From Aliivibrio fischeri ES114 (GTDB lineage Bacteria; Pseudomonadota; Gammaproteobacteria; Enterobacterales; Vibrionaceae), in assembly GCF_000011805.1 (NCBI RefSeq), contig NC_006840.2: 32,000 nucleotides of DNA, one strand, 5' to 3'. Below are positions 21,301-30,459 of the stretch, piece after piece; the stretch's first letter is position 1; the number at the start of each line of letters is the position of its first letter. The notes beneath the pieces were generated by a model. That model was not told the DNA's origin, made no database searches, and saw only the letters and a list, made by a program, of their open reading frames with translations. A program made the position numbers and the translations under genes.

Positions 21301-24300
21301 TATAAGTCCAGCGCCCAGTATTGTTATCTACGCTGACTGAACCATAGCTTCCTTGAGTACCAGGAGAGACAACCACATTATCACCAACATCTACATCAGA
21401 AGTAACAAAGTTTCCTGACGCTGTACTGCCATCCGCTTCTTCTACCGAAGCAGTATCCATTCCTGATATCTTAGGTACATCATTAGTACCAGTAATATTG
21501 ATCGTTACTTCTTGAGCTGTTTTCGCGCCATGTTCATCAACAGCAAACACTGTAAAAGTTTCTGATACTACTTCACCTTCACGTAAACCTTGAATATGTG
21601 CTGCATCGTTATCAAGTTCATATGTCCAAACACCGTTCTCATCGACCGTAAATACACCGTAGGTACCCGTTAATGTTTTGGCATCAAAAGTGACATCATC
21701 ACCGTTAGGATCGGTTACAACTAACGTATTAGAATCCGTTATTTTTTCGTCTTCTTTTAACTCCATGACGATCTGATCATCTTGAGCTATTTCTGGTGGT
21801 AAATTTGAACCATCAATAGTTACGGTGATTGTTTCTGTTGATGTTTCACCATATGAATCTGTTACTGTTACTTCGAACGTATCAGATAGCGTTTCTCCAA
21901 CACCAAGTAATTTAACTGCATCTAAACTTGTGTCTAATGTATATGTCCATTTTCCATTAACTAACATTAAACGACCGTAATCACCTTGATTATCAGCAAC
22001 TGACCAAGTGTGTGTATCACCAGTATCTACATCACCATCATTTAAGTTTCCTGAAATACGTCCATCAGAATCTATATTCGATATCGTCCCCGTCAATTGT
22101 CCTGATATTTCTGGTGCATCGTTAGTACCAGTGACATCAACTTTGAAAATCATTTCAAGAGGGTCACCATTTTCATCAACGACGGTTTTACCAAATTTAT
22201 CAACAACGGTAACACTGAAGGTATCGGTAACTAATTCACCTTCATTCAGCTGTTGAACGGCTAATGAATCATTATCAAGAACATAAGTCCAGTTACCATT
22301 ATTATCTAACGTTAAGTGACCGTAAGTTCCATCTCCTGTCACTAAGTTCCATGTTAGTTCTGGCGTTAAACCTGCTACATCATCCAAGACGCCTGTTTGT
22401 GTTAATGGGGAACCGTCTTCTTTGAATTCAATTTCTTCAATAACAGCAACAGCTGGAGCATCATCGGCCACACCAATAATATTAATATTTATCGTCGAAT
22501 CTGAACTTACCGCACCTTTATCATCCTCAACAACAACTCGTACGTATTCTTTTTCGATTTGATCTGGTGTTAGTGCCTGTACGATCTCACTATCATTATC
22601 CAGTACATACGTCCATTCACCAGTCGATTGATTTAAGGTTAATTCACCATACACACCTTGAATAACGATGTTTTCTCCGCTTGGATCTAATGTTCCGATC
22701 TTATTTCCATCTACATCGACCAAATACCATGTATGAGTATCACACGAATCAGGATCAACAACTTCTAGCTGACCAGATACTTCAAGAATGTCATCTTCAA
22801 CTACTTCACCTAACTCACCCGTATCGGTATCAGCAATAATCACAGGAACGTCATTAGAACCTGTGATTGTGACGTTAACTAGAATAGTTTCTGTGCCACA
22901 ATCAGTTTGTACTGTAACAGCCCATCGTTCTGTGACTTCTTGACCTTCACATAACGAATCTACGTACGATTTATCATCAGCAACATCGTAAACCCAGTTG
23001 CCATCATTATCGACAGTAAGAGAACCAAATAATCCACCATCAATAGATGATGTTCCATCAACGCTAATAATCTCACAACCACTAGGAAGATCTATCGTAC
23101 CTGAACTACCACCTCCAATTGCATTTCCATCACCGTCAACACCTTCTTCTATGGAGTCAATATCAATCACTTCGTCGTATGAACCACCGCCACCACCATC
23201 TGGGTCGGTATTACCTTCAACAGTAATTGTCACTTCGAACGGTTCTGAAATACCACCATGTTTATCTGTTGCAGTAATTTGGAAAACTTCTGTACGAACA
23301 TCACCAAAGTTAAGTGCATTAGTATCAGGGTCTGTATTGTCTAACAAATATGTCCATTGGCCATTTTCATCAACAGTGAAAATACCATAAACACCACTTC
23401 CGTTAATAACTTGCCAACTAACGACTTCGTCACCTAAATCGATATCATCAGCAATAACATTACCTGTGACTTTGGTAAATTGACCATTAAACGTCTCACC
23501 TGGTGGTAAGAAATCTTGTGCATCCTCAATAACCGTCGCTGCATTATCACCAGAAACAACAGGTCGATCGTTTGTTCCCGTAATGGTGAAATCTATTTGT
23601 TCGTTTGTAAAACCACCATTAGAATCGTGAACAACCGCGGTAAAGGTCTCTGAGATCATTTCACCTTCATTTAACGATTGTATCGCAGCTGAATCTTTAT
23701 TGATTTCATAGCGCCATGAGCCATCAGCTTCTAGGTAAAATGTGCCATAGTTACCAACATAAGTTCTCATTTCAAATGTTGTCGTATCTCCGGCATCAAC
23801 ATCCGTTGCTATCAATTGACCTGTAACTACATCAGGAGAGACATCTTCAATATATTCTCCTGTCGTTCCGCCAGTAATTTCAGGAAGATCATTAGTGCCT
23901 TCTATCGTAATCGTGATGTCTTTTTGTACTGATTCACCTTGAGAATCTGTCACGATAACAGTAAAGATTTCTGTCAAAATATCAGATGGGCCAAGTGCTT
24001 GAACCGCAGCTAAAGAGTTCATTAGACTATAAGTCCAACGTCCATTCGCATTCATAGTTAACGCACCGTATTGGCCGACACCATCAACTAAATTCCATGC
24101 ATGAACATCACCTACATCTGGGTCACCACTCTTCAACTGACCTTCTATAACAGTTGTTGTATCCTCAATTACCGTACCAGTTAAAGCCCCTGTCATTGTT
24201 GGCGCATCATTTGTACCTTCAATAGTAATTTCTACTTCTTTTTCAGAGACTTCACCAAATGAATCGGTCACTTTAACCGTTATCGTGTCAACAAGCTCTG

Positions 24301-27300
24301 CACCTTCTTTTAAGCCATTAACGGTGCTATTGCTGTTATCTAAGGTATATGTCCAGTGGCCATTTTGATCTAACGTAAATTGACCATATTGACCGGTAGA
24401 GCCGACAATTTCCCACGTTAATGTATCTTGAGTATCTAAATCACCTGAATTTAAATCGCCATCAATCACATTTACAGCAGCGTCTTCTTTTATCTCTCCC
24501 GTTGTATCACCAATAATACCTGGCGAGCTATTTGTACCAGCTATATCAATAACCACTTCAATTTGGCTAGTTCCACCTTGACCATCATCCACTTGAACAA
24601 CAAATTTATCTTGAACTATCTGTCCTGAAGATATTCCGATAGTTGCAGGACGAGAGTTATCAAGTTGATAGGTCCACATACCAGTATTAGGGTCAACCAC
24701 TAAGCTGCCATATACACCATTAGGCGTAACAACAGACCATGTATGCGTATCTAATGTATCAATATCAACAGCAGCTAATTCACCCGTTGCAACATCTTTT
24801 CCAGGTGTTCCTTCAATTGTACTACCCGTTGTTGCACCACTAATTGACGGTTGGTCATTATCACCAACAATATCAATAACAATTTCTTTTGAGGTTGAAG
24901 CACCAAAACCATCTGTTACCGTGACGGTAAAGGTATCTTGAACACGCTCACCTTCAGATAAACTTTGAACCGATGCTTTATCATTATCTAAGTTGTAAAC
25001 CCAACGACCATCAGCAGTTAGTGTTAATGTTCCGTATGAGCCAGTTTTAGAATCAAGCGTCCATGTATAAGTATCGCCGATATCTTTATCATCAGGCTCA
25101 AGTTTACCGTTAACCATAGTGATTGCTGAATCTTCTTCTACAACGCCACTAAGATCACCAGACAACTCAGGTACATCGTTAGTACCTTTAACTTTTACGG
25201 TAACTTCAACAGTGTCAATTGCACCATATTGGTCTTCAACTTGAATAATGAATTTTTCTTTTACAGTCTGACCTTCTAAAAGTCCTTGGGTTAATGGCGA
25301 AGAATTATCAATGGTATAAGTCCATTTACCATTAGCATCGAGGGACATTGAACCATAAATACCTTGAGGGTCAGTTAATAAAGTCCAAGTATGCGTATCA
25401 GTAAGATCGACATCGCCATCAGTTAATTGTCCTGAAACTGATGCTTTATCATCTTCAATAATAGTTTGAGATGTTTTACCACCAATGATTGGAACATCAT
25501 TAGTACCTAAAATCTCAACCGTAATAACAATTGCATTTTGCCCACCATTTCCATCATCTACGGCAATGGTGAATGTTTCAAATTCTTGTTGGTTTTCGGC
25601 TAAAGCTTGCGTATCAGGATTTGATGGATCTAATGTATAAATCCAATTACCATTAACATCAATGGTCATCGTGCCATATTTTCCGACACCACCACCATCT
25701 ACAAGCCAAGTATGTGTATCCGTAAAATCAACATCTACAGCCGTTAACGCACCTGTTGCGGTAGGAATAATGTCTTCTACTGCAGTACCTGTAGTTCTAC
25801 CTGTAATTTCAGGTCTATCATTAGTACCAACAATTGTCACTTCGACAGTATGTTGCGCATAACCATTATTTCCATCACCTACAACAACAACAAAACTTTC
25901 AACTACTGTTTCATCTTTTGCTAATAATTGGGCTTCATCATTTTTAAGAACAAAAGTCCATTCGCCTGTAGCTGCATCAATAGAAAAGTGGCCTAATTTC
26001 GATTCACTGGCACCGATAACAAACCAATTATGAGTGTCCGCTAAATCTACATCTTCAACGGTCAGCGTGTCTGATATGCTTTGAACTCCATCTTCAGTAA
26101 CAGTACCTGTATCATTGCTATCAACAATACTTGGTAAATCATTAGTACCTTCAAGAGAAATAACGATTTCTTTTTGCTCTGTTCCACCTTGACCATCATC
26201 AACAGTAACAACAAATCGGTCTTCCCCTGACTCTCCTTCTGCCAGTTGCTGTGTTACATCCAACGAATTATCAATGGTATATGTCCATTTACCATTCGCA
26301 TCAACAACAATCGAACCATATTTACCCGTCGCAGGTTCAACACTCCAAGTGTGAGTATCTGTTAAATCAACATCGTCGACAATCAATTGCCCTTCAGTTG
26401 TTTCAATAGAATCTTCTTTTACTGAACCTAATGTTTGTCCTGATAATTCTGGTTTATCGTTAGTACCATTAATGGTAATTTCAACCGTTTCAGTAATGAC
26501 ACCACCAGCACCATCACTTAGCTCTACGGTATAGTATTCTTTGATAGGGTCATCACCAGCACCAAGCGATTGAGCGGCATCATTGTCCAATGTGTATAGC
26601 CAAACACCTGTTGAAGCATCAAGAGTAAATTTACCGTAAGTCCCCGTATCTGAACCAACAATATTCCAGTTAAATGAACTAGTAGCATCTTCATCTGTTG
26701 CAGTTAACGTACCTGTTGCTGTTAGCGTGGTATCCTCAGTTACTTCTCCAACCGTGTCTCCGCCGATAATAGGTACACCGTTCGTACCAACGACAGTAAT
26801 AATGATTTCTATCGTATCAGTACCACCTTGACCATCATCAACAGTAACGGTGAATTTATCTTCAACACTTTCGCCTTCTGTAAGTGCTTGTGTGGCTGGT
26901 AGTGAATTATCAATACTATAGGTCCAAAGCCCTGTTGCAGGGTCAATAACAATGGATCCATAAGTTCCTGCGTTACTATCGACACTCCAAGAATGAACAT
27001 CGATTAAATCCACATCATCAACAGTCAGTTGCCCTTCTACTTCAGATTGCGTTGCCGTGTCTTCCTTCACTAAGCCCGTTGATTGACCGGAAACAATCGG
27101 ATCATCATTAGTACCGGTAATTTCTATCGAAATAGTTTCGGTTGTAACACCGCCTTGCCCATCATCAACTTGAACTTGATATTCAACCGTATAAGTTTCA
27201 CCATTAGCTAATGCTTGCACTTGAGCTGCGGTATTATTTAACGTGTATTCCCATTTACCAGAGCCATCAGGATTTGTGCTCACAGTAATAGAACCATACG

Positions 27301-30238
27301 GATCGTTATTTGAAGAGAGAAGCGTCCACGTATGAGAATCTAAAGTATCTACATCATCAACAAACAGATCACCACTTGTTGTTAGCGTTGTTTCTTCTGT
27401 CACTGCGCCAGCGATAACTGAAGTATCCGTGATTTCTGGAAAGTCATTCGTACCGGTAACTTCGACAGTTACCGTGTGTGTCACTGTGCCGCCATTACCA
27501 TCATCAACTACAATCTCAAAGGTTTCCGTCTTCACTTCACCATTTGAAATCGCTTGAGTATCTGTAAGTGTATTATCTAAAACATAGGTCCATTTACCCG
27601 TTGAATCTACCGTTAATGAACCATAAACACCGGCACCATCAGTTACTGACCACGTTGCGGTATCATTAACATCTGCATCTGTTGCTTCTAGCTGCCCACT
27701 GGCTTCTGCTACGGTATCTTCAACAACGGCACCGGTATCGGTACCGCTGATAACTGGGCCATCATTTGAGCCAGTAACAGTAATGGTCACTTCTTGAGAA
27801 TCAATGCCACCATGGTTATCTTCAACTTGAACTACATAGGTAATATCTAAGGTTTCACCTACACCAAGAGCAATAACGCTCGCTGAGTTAGTGTTTAAGT
27901 TAAATGTCCATTTACCATCCGCATCAACGCTGAAAGTACCTAAATCATCATTACTATTAGCTTCAACTGTCCATGTGTGAGTATCAAGTGCATCGACATC
28001 TTCAAGAATTAAATCACCCGTTGCGCTTTCTGTTGTTCGGTGCTCAACTGCACCTGTGGTCACAGATGTGTCCGTGATTTCTGGAAGGTCATTGATACCG
28101 GTAACTTCGACGGTTACCGTGTGTGTCACTGTACCGCCATTACCATCATCGACAACAATCTCAAAGGTTTCCGTCTTCACTTCACCATTTGAAATCGCTT
28201 GAGTATCTGTAAGTGTATTATCTAAAACATAGGTCCATTTACCCGTTGAATCTACCGTTAATGAACCATAAACACCGGCATCATCGGTTACTGACCACGT
28301 TGCGGTATCATTAACATCTGCATCTGTTGCTTCTAGCTGCCCACTGGCTTCTGCTACGGTATCTTCAACAACGGCACCGGTATCGGTACCGCTGATAACT
28401 GGACCATCATTTGAACCTGTAACGGTAATGGTCACTTCTTGAGAGTCAATACCACCATGGTTATCTTCAACCTGAACCACATAAGTGATTTCTAAGGTTT
28501 CACCCACACCAAGAGCAATCACGCTAGCTGAATTGGTGTTTAAGTTAAATGTCCATTTACCATTCGCGTCAACGCTGAAAGTACCTAAATCATCATTACT
28601 ATTAGCTTCAACTGTCCATGTGTGAGTATCAAGTGCATCGACATCTTCAAAAATTAAATCACCCGTTGCGCTTTCTGTTGTTCGGTGTTCAACTGCACCT
28701 GTGGTCACAGATGTATCAGTGATTTCTGGAAGGTCATTGGTGCCGGTAACTTCGACAGTTACCGTGTGTGTCACTGTGCCGCCATTACCATCATCAGCAA
28801 CAACTTCAAAAGTCTCAGTTTGAACTTCTCCATTAGACAATGCTTGAGTAGCAGACAAGTTATTATCGATGCTGTAAACCCATTTTCCCGATGCATCAAT
28901 AGTTAATGATCCAAACATACCTAAGCTTGGATCCGTTACAGACCATGTAACCGAATCACCTGCATCAGCATCAACTGCTATCAATTGACCTTCAGCTGAG
29001 TCAATTAAATCCTCGACGACACGCCCAGAGTTAGTGCCACTAATTACCGGTTCATCATTAGTACCGTTGATCGTGATAACAATTTCTTGTTGATCCGTAC
29101 CACCATTTCCATCATCAACTTCAATAGTAAATGTTTCAGTAACAACATCACCTTGACCAAGAGCTTGTGTTGCATCACGAGAATTATCTAATGTGTATTC
29201 CCAGACTCCATTATTGATAGTAAGAACACCATAAACACCACTCCCACCTTCTAAAATAGTCCAAGTATGAGTATCTGTTGCATCAACATCGACTACCGTT
29301 AATGTATCACTAACCGTCGGATTAGGATCCCCAACATCCCCTTCAGTTAAATCACCGACAGCAATCCCTGAGATAACAGGATCATCATTAGTACCAATAA
29401 TAGTTACGGTAACTTCTTGCGTTGATGTTAAATTACCTCCGGCAGAAACAGAGACTTCAAAGACATCAGTAATAATCTGACCATTAGCTAAAGATTGAAC
29501 TGAAAGAGCGCTGTTATTAAGAATATATTCCCACTCACCAGTCACCGCATTTAGAGATAATGTCCCATATTCACTGGTTGCATTGCCATTAATAGACCAA
29601 GTATACGAAAGATTACTTTGAGGGTTCGTGACGGCAAGTTGCCCATCAGTATTAATAATTTCATCTTCTTTTGTCAGACCTGTATTATTTGCGGTAATAA
29701 TCGGATCTGCAGGAGGGTTACTGCCATTACCATCTCCCAAACTATCAATATAGTCTTGATTATCATAAGAAAATTCATTAGAAGTGGTGAAACTTGTTGT
29801 GGCTATTGATGCTGTATATGCGTAATTAATAGTAACAAAACCACTGTTCGCAGAACTGCCACTCTCACCAGCGGCCGTAGCCTCAAGAATTTCAGTGGGA
29901 TCTTCTCCTGCTAAAATAGCATCTTGAATTGCAGCAATATCGTTCTCATCAATAGATTGAGTAGGGTCCAGTTCAATATCCCCTTCGATATTTTTTACTT
30001 GTAATAGTTCTTCTGATTTTGTTTCGTCAAGGCAACTTATACAGTTTTTATCAATCGTTACTAACTTTCCATGAATCTGAACAACTACTTTTGCATCATA
30101 ACCAGTAAATAAAATGTCATCCGCATTCATAGATTGACCAACATTTACTTTTGTTGGCACACCTGACTTATTGAGTGTGTAGGCATCACCTTCTATATTT
30201 TTGATTTCTACTTTTGAAGGTATCAATGTCTCTTTCAT
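18323..30238 (-). CDS. Giant VCBS-repeat, LapA/BapA-type biofilm adhesin exported by a type I secretion system (3971 aa)
   Basis: One uninterrupted ORF with a good RBS (AGGTGG, 4-5 nt before the ATG). LapA-like N-terminal retention module (DPTEILEATAAG), about 31-32 repeats ending in variants of ITGTNDxPxISG, and a C-terminal T1SS target domain of the VC_A0849 type with one GGGGND motif. Confidence 0.93.
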   Translation of the reverse strand: MKETLIPSKVEIKNIEGDAYTLNKSGVPTKVNVGQSMNADDILFTGYDAKVVVQIHGKLVTIDKNCISCLDETKSEELLQVKNIEGDIELDPTQSIDENDIAAIQDAILAGEDPTEILEATAAGESGSSANSGFVTINYAYTASIATTSFTTSNEFSYDNQDYIDSLGDGNGSNPPADPIITANNTGLTKEDEIINTDGQLAVTNPQSNLSYTWSINGNATSEYGTLSLNAVTGEWEYILNNSALSVQSLANGQIITDVFEVSVSAGGNLTSTQEVTVTIIGTNDDPVISGIAVGDLTEGDVGDPNPTVSDTLTVVDVDATDTHTWTILEGGSGVYGVLTINNGVWEYTLDNSRDATQALGQGDVVTETFTIEVDDGNGGTDQQEIVITINGTNDEPVISGTNSGRVVEDLIDSAEGQLIAVDADAGDSVTWSVTDPSLGMFGSLTIDASGKWVYSIDNNLSATQALSNGEVQTETFEVVADDGNGGTVTHTVTVEVTGTNDLPEITDTSVTTGAVEHRTTESATGDLIFEDVDALDTHTWTVEANSNDDLGTFSVDANGKWTFNLNTNSASVIALGVGETLEITYVVQVEDNHGGIDSQEVTITVTGSNDGPVISGTDTGAVVEDTVAEASGQLEATDADVNDTATWSVTDDAGVYGSLTVDSTGKWTYVLDNTLTDTQAISNGEVKTETFEIVVDDGNGGTVTHTVTVEVTGINDLPEITDTSVTTGAVEHRTTESATGDLILEDVDALDTHTWTVEANSNDDLGTFSVDADGKWTFNLNTNSASVIALGVGETLDITYVVQVEDNHGGIDSQEVTITVTGSNDGPVISGTDTGAVVEDTVAEASGQLEATDADVNDTATWSVTDGAGVYGSLTVDSTGKWTYVLDNTLTDTQAISNGEVKTETFEIVVDDGNGGTVTHTVTVEVTGTNDFPEITDTSVIAGAVTEETTLTTSGDLFVDDVDTLDSHTWTLLSSNNDPYGSITVSTNPDGSGKWEYTLNNTAAQVQALANGETYTVEYQVQVDDGQGGVTTETISIEITGTNDDPIVSGQSTGLVKEDTATQSEVEGQLTVDDVDLIDVHSWSVDSNAGTYGSIVIDPATGLWTYSIDNSLPATQALTEGESVEDKFTVTVDDGQGGTDTIEIIITVVGTNGVPIIGGDTVGEVTEDTTLTATGTLTATDEDATSSFNWNIVGSDTGTYGKFTLDASTGVWLYTLDNDAAQSLGAGDDPIKEYYTVELSDGAGGVITETVEITINGTNDKPELSGQTLGSVKEDSIETTEGQLIVDDVDLTDTHTWSVEPATGKYGSIVVDANGKWTYTIDNSLDVTQQLAEGESGEDRFVVTVDDGQGGTEQKEIVISLEGTNDLPSIVDSNDTGTVTEDGVQSISDTLTVEDVDLADTHNWFVIGASESKLGHFSIDAATGEWTFVLKNDEAQLLAKDETVVESFVVVVGDGNNGYAQHTVEVTIVGTNDRPEITGRTTGTAVEDIIPTATGALTAVDVDFTDTHTWLVDGGGVGKYGTMTIDVNGNWIYTLDPSNPDTQALAENQQEFETFTIAVDDGNGGQNAIVITVEILGTNDVPIIGGKTSQTIIEDDKASVSGQLTDGDVDLTDTHTWTLLTDPQGIYGSMSLDANGKWTYTIDNSSPLTQGLLEGQTVKEKFIIQVEDQYGAIDTVEVTVKVKGTNDVPELSGDLSGVVEEDSAITMVNGKLEPDDKDIGDTYTWTLDSKTGSYGTLTLTADGRWVYNLDNDKASVQSLSEGERVQDTFTVTVTDGFGASTSKEIVIDIVGDNDQPSISGATTGSTIEGTPGKDVATGELAAVDIDTLDTHTWSVVTPNGVYGSLVVDPNTGMWTYQLDNSRPATIGISSGQIVQDKFVVQVDDGQGGTSQIEVVIDIAGTNSSPGIIGDTTGEIKEDAAVNVIDGDLNSGDLDTQDTLTWEIVGSTGQYGQFTLDQNGHWTYTLDNSNSTVNGLKEGAELVDTITVKVTDSFGEVSEKEVEITIEGTNDAPTMTGALTGTVIEDTTTVIEGQLKSGDPDVGDVHAWNLVDGVGQYGALTMNANGRWTYSLMNSLAAVQALGPSDILTEIFTVIVTDSQGESVQKDITITIEGTNDLPEITGGTTGEYIEDVSPDVVTGQLIATDVDAGDTTTFEMRTYVGNYGTFYLEADGSWRYEINKDSAAIQSLNEGEMISETFTAVVHDSNGGFTNEQIDFTITGTNDRPVVSGDNAATVIEDAQDFLPPGETFNGQFTKVTGNVIADDIDLGDEVVSWQVINGSGVYGIFTVDENGQWTYLLDNTDPDTNALNFGDVRTEVFQITATDKHGGISEPFEVTITVEGNTDPDGGGGGSYDEVIDIDSIEEGVDGDGNAIGGGSSGTIDLPSGCEIISVDGTSSIDGGLFGSLTVDNDGNWVYDVADDKSYVDSLCEGQEVTERWAVTVQTDCGTETILVNVTITGSNDVPVIIADTDTGELGEVVEDDILEVSGQLEVVDPDSCDTHTWYLVDVDGNKIGTLDPSGENIVIQGVYGELTLNQSTGEWTYVLDNDSEIVQALTPDQIEKEYVRVVVEDDKGAVSSDSTININIIGVADDAPAVAVIEEIEFKEDGSPLTQTGVLDDVAGLTPELTWNLVTGDGTYGHLTLDNNGNWTYVLDNDSLAVQQLNEGELVTDTFSVTVVDKFGKTVVDENGDPLEMIFKVDVTGTNDAPEISGQLTGTISNIDSDGRISGNLNDGDVDTGDTHTWSVADNQGDYGRLMLVNGKWTYTLDTSLDAVKLLGVGETLSDTFEVTVTDSYGETSTETITVTIDGSNLPPEIAQDDQIVMELKEDEKITDSNTLVVTDPNGDDVTFDAKTLTGTYGVFTVDENGVWTYELDNDAAHIQGLREGEVVSETFTVFAVDEHGAKTAQEVTINITGTNDVPKISGMDTASVEEADGSTASGNFVTSDVDVGDNVVVSPGTQGSYGSVSVDNNTGRWTYTVDGNDPAVNSLSKGETLTDTITIIATDDAGDTAEMTITITINGENDAPDLVVTVPSEVTEDTDLNADGNLEVTGNWDDGDPDTADTHIWEVLSGDSLGTLTFDPNGDYKLVIDNSALEIQQLGVGESLDLTYTVKVTDEHGLSSTQDITFTVNGTNDDPEVVDTSILSVDVEEDGIGTQTQSGQLDITDIDLNDTTFDFSVTTSPTDAYGSVTVDANGKWTYVLNNDKAQEIGDETITETFTIQIDDGNGGVITQDVTVNITGTDDDPIIDTTIPQVTEGTVVEDGTLTATGQVSYVDPEGDVINYNVINPPSSPYGTFTVGADGTWTYELDNALAQEIGVAGAQETYTIEVTDQTGGTIQQVITINITGANDDPTIDVSSVIIGSVEEDGTATAIGQLDVSDVDLTDTSFTYTVVSGPNTAATPGDVTGLYGALTVDANGEWTYLLDNDKAQALGDTVATEIFTIEVSDGNGGTVTQDITVSVTGHDDQPIVDAGATQETTGAVVEDGELHAEGTITYLDPEGTLIGYTVSTTSTPLYGTFIVDPATGKWEYDLIDSLAQAIGADGAQESLVIDVTDATGQVTQQVITIDITGENDAPVITGTTTADVKEGVVETVSGQLNATDAESDPIGWQISSSSSATGVYGTLSINAAGLWTYVLTENSTLALATDTTDVFTVEASDGKGGITQQVITVAVAAPNVVQGVSGSDILTGTTNDELLFGNPLDLSDAGTADTFTWTNASIGGDLARDIIKDFDVNSDRIDLTDIANITTVWDSATLASQIQISEVDGSTEIYINEAGSTVQTIVVDGVTLDELTGESTASMTDEEKLTSLTNSGHLVVSDTFGNEANNTLYASGQNDILTGGGGNDIFYFADEIAGSSASPAQTSIADFAVDGVAANNEADILDLAELLPDSIQASSTMDDMLQHINVNIDDSNSQTVLSVTDELGNQTDITLKGVDSTTLGISDLGSMSDQDILSTLYNDFNMFKVD
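18326..19200 (-). other. C-terminal type I secretion target region of the adhesin
   Basis: GSDILTGTTNDELLFG..., DILTGGGGNDIFYFAD, IADFAVDG..NNEADILDLAELL, TLKGVDSTTLG, ending ILSTLYNDFNMFKVD. Confidence 0.78.
19200..29690 (-). repeat. Array of about 31-32 VCBS/cadherin-like domains, mostly about 105-120 aa each
   Basis: Counted from recurrence of the [IV]xG[TS]NDxP boundary at spacings of about 315-385 bp (near 29375, 29055, 28735, 28405, 28090, 27760, 27445, 27095, 26775 and so on down to 19502), each with the DxDxxDxHTWxV...YGxxxxDxxGxWTYxLDN pattern. Positions were hand-located, so edges are approximate. Confidence 0.85.
27430..28790 (-). repeat. 645-bp tandem duplication (215 aa, two-domain unit) inside the adhesin
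   Basis: The CCGGTAAC landmark occurs at 27453, 28098 and 28743 (exact 645-bp steps). The two full protein units, at the aligned NDLPEITDTSV...EVTG(I/T)ND span, differ at only a handful of residues. Confidence 0.9.
29700..30238 (-). other. LapA-like membrane retention module of the adhesin; candidate LapG site TAAG encoded at 29867-29878
   Basis: First ~125 aa, ending ...AAIQDAILAGEDPTEILEATAAGESG. TAAG at residues 121-124 follows the retention module at the expected position. Confidence 0.78.
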
Positions 30239-30346
30239 GTAACCACCTAAAATCCATTTAACAGCATCAACAAATTAATTTTCACTTAGTCTTTTTAATC
30301 ATAGGACAAAAATGATTATCCCCCCAAAAACCAATGGTTAATTTGT

Positions 30347-30380
30347 TGTTATAAAAATATTAACTGATAGTTTTATAACA
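30347..30380. promoter_or_regulatory. Perfect 10-bp inverted repeat (TGTTATAAAA-N14-TTTTATAACA) in the divergent adhesin/DUF2750 intergenic region
   Basis: Read directly: left arm 30347-30356, spacer ATATTAACTGATAG, right arm 30371-30380. Function unproven. Confidence 0.4.
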
Positions 30381-30459
30381 TAAAATCATATAAATTTAAG
30401 TACCAATATTCTCATATTCCTTTATTATTCGTTCTGTTTATCCTAAAAGAGACATTGTC

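Noticed and set aside
18987-29809. Numerous plus-strand ORFs of 61-130 aa inside the adhesin (for example 22998..23390, 21038..21250, 28685..28906)
   Set aside because: All are antisense to the repetitive adhesin coding sequence. Their translations are low-complexity mirrors of the VCBS repeats, with no RBS or family resemblance.
18323-30238. The long repetitive array as a CRISPR, phage tail fibre or polymorphic-toxin system
   Set aside because: The repeats are coding, about 315-385 bp, diverged and in one frame. There is no spacer structure, no phage structural neighbours, and no toxin or immunity domain at the C-terminus, which is a type I secretion signal.
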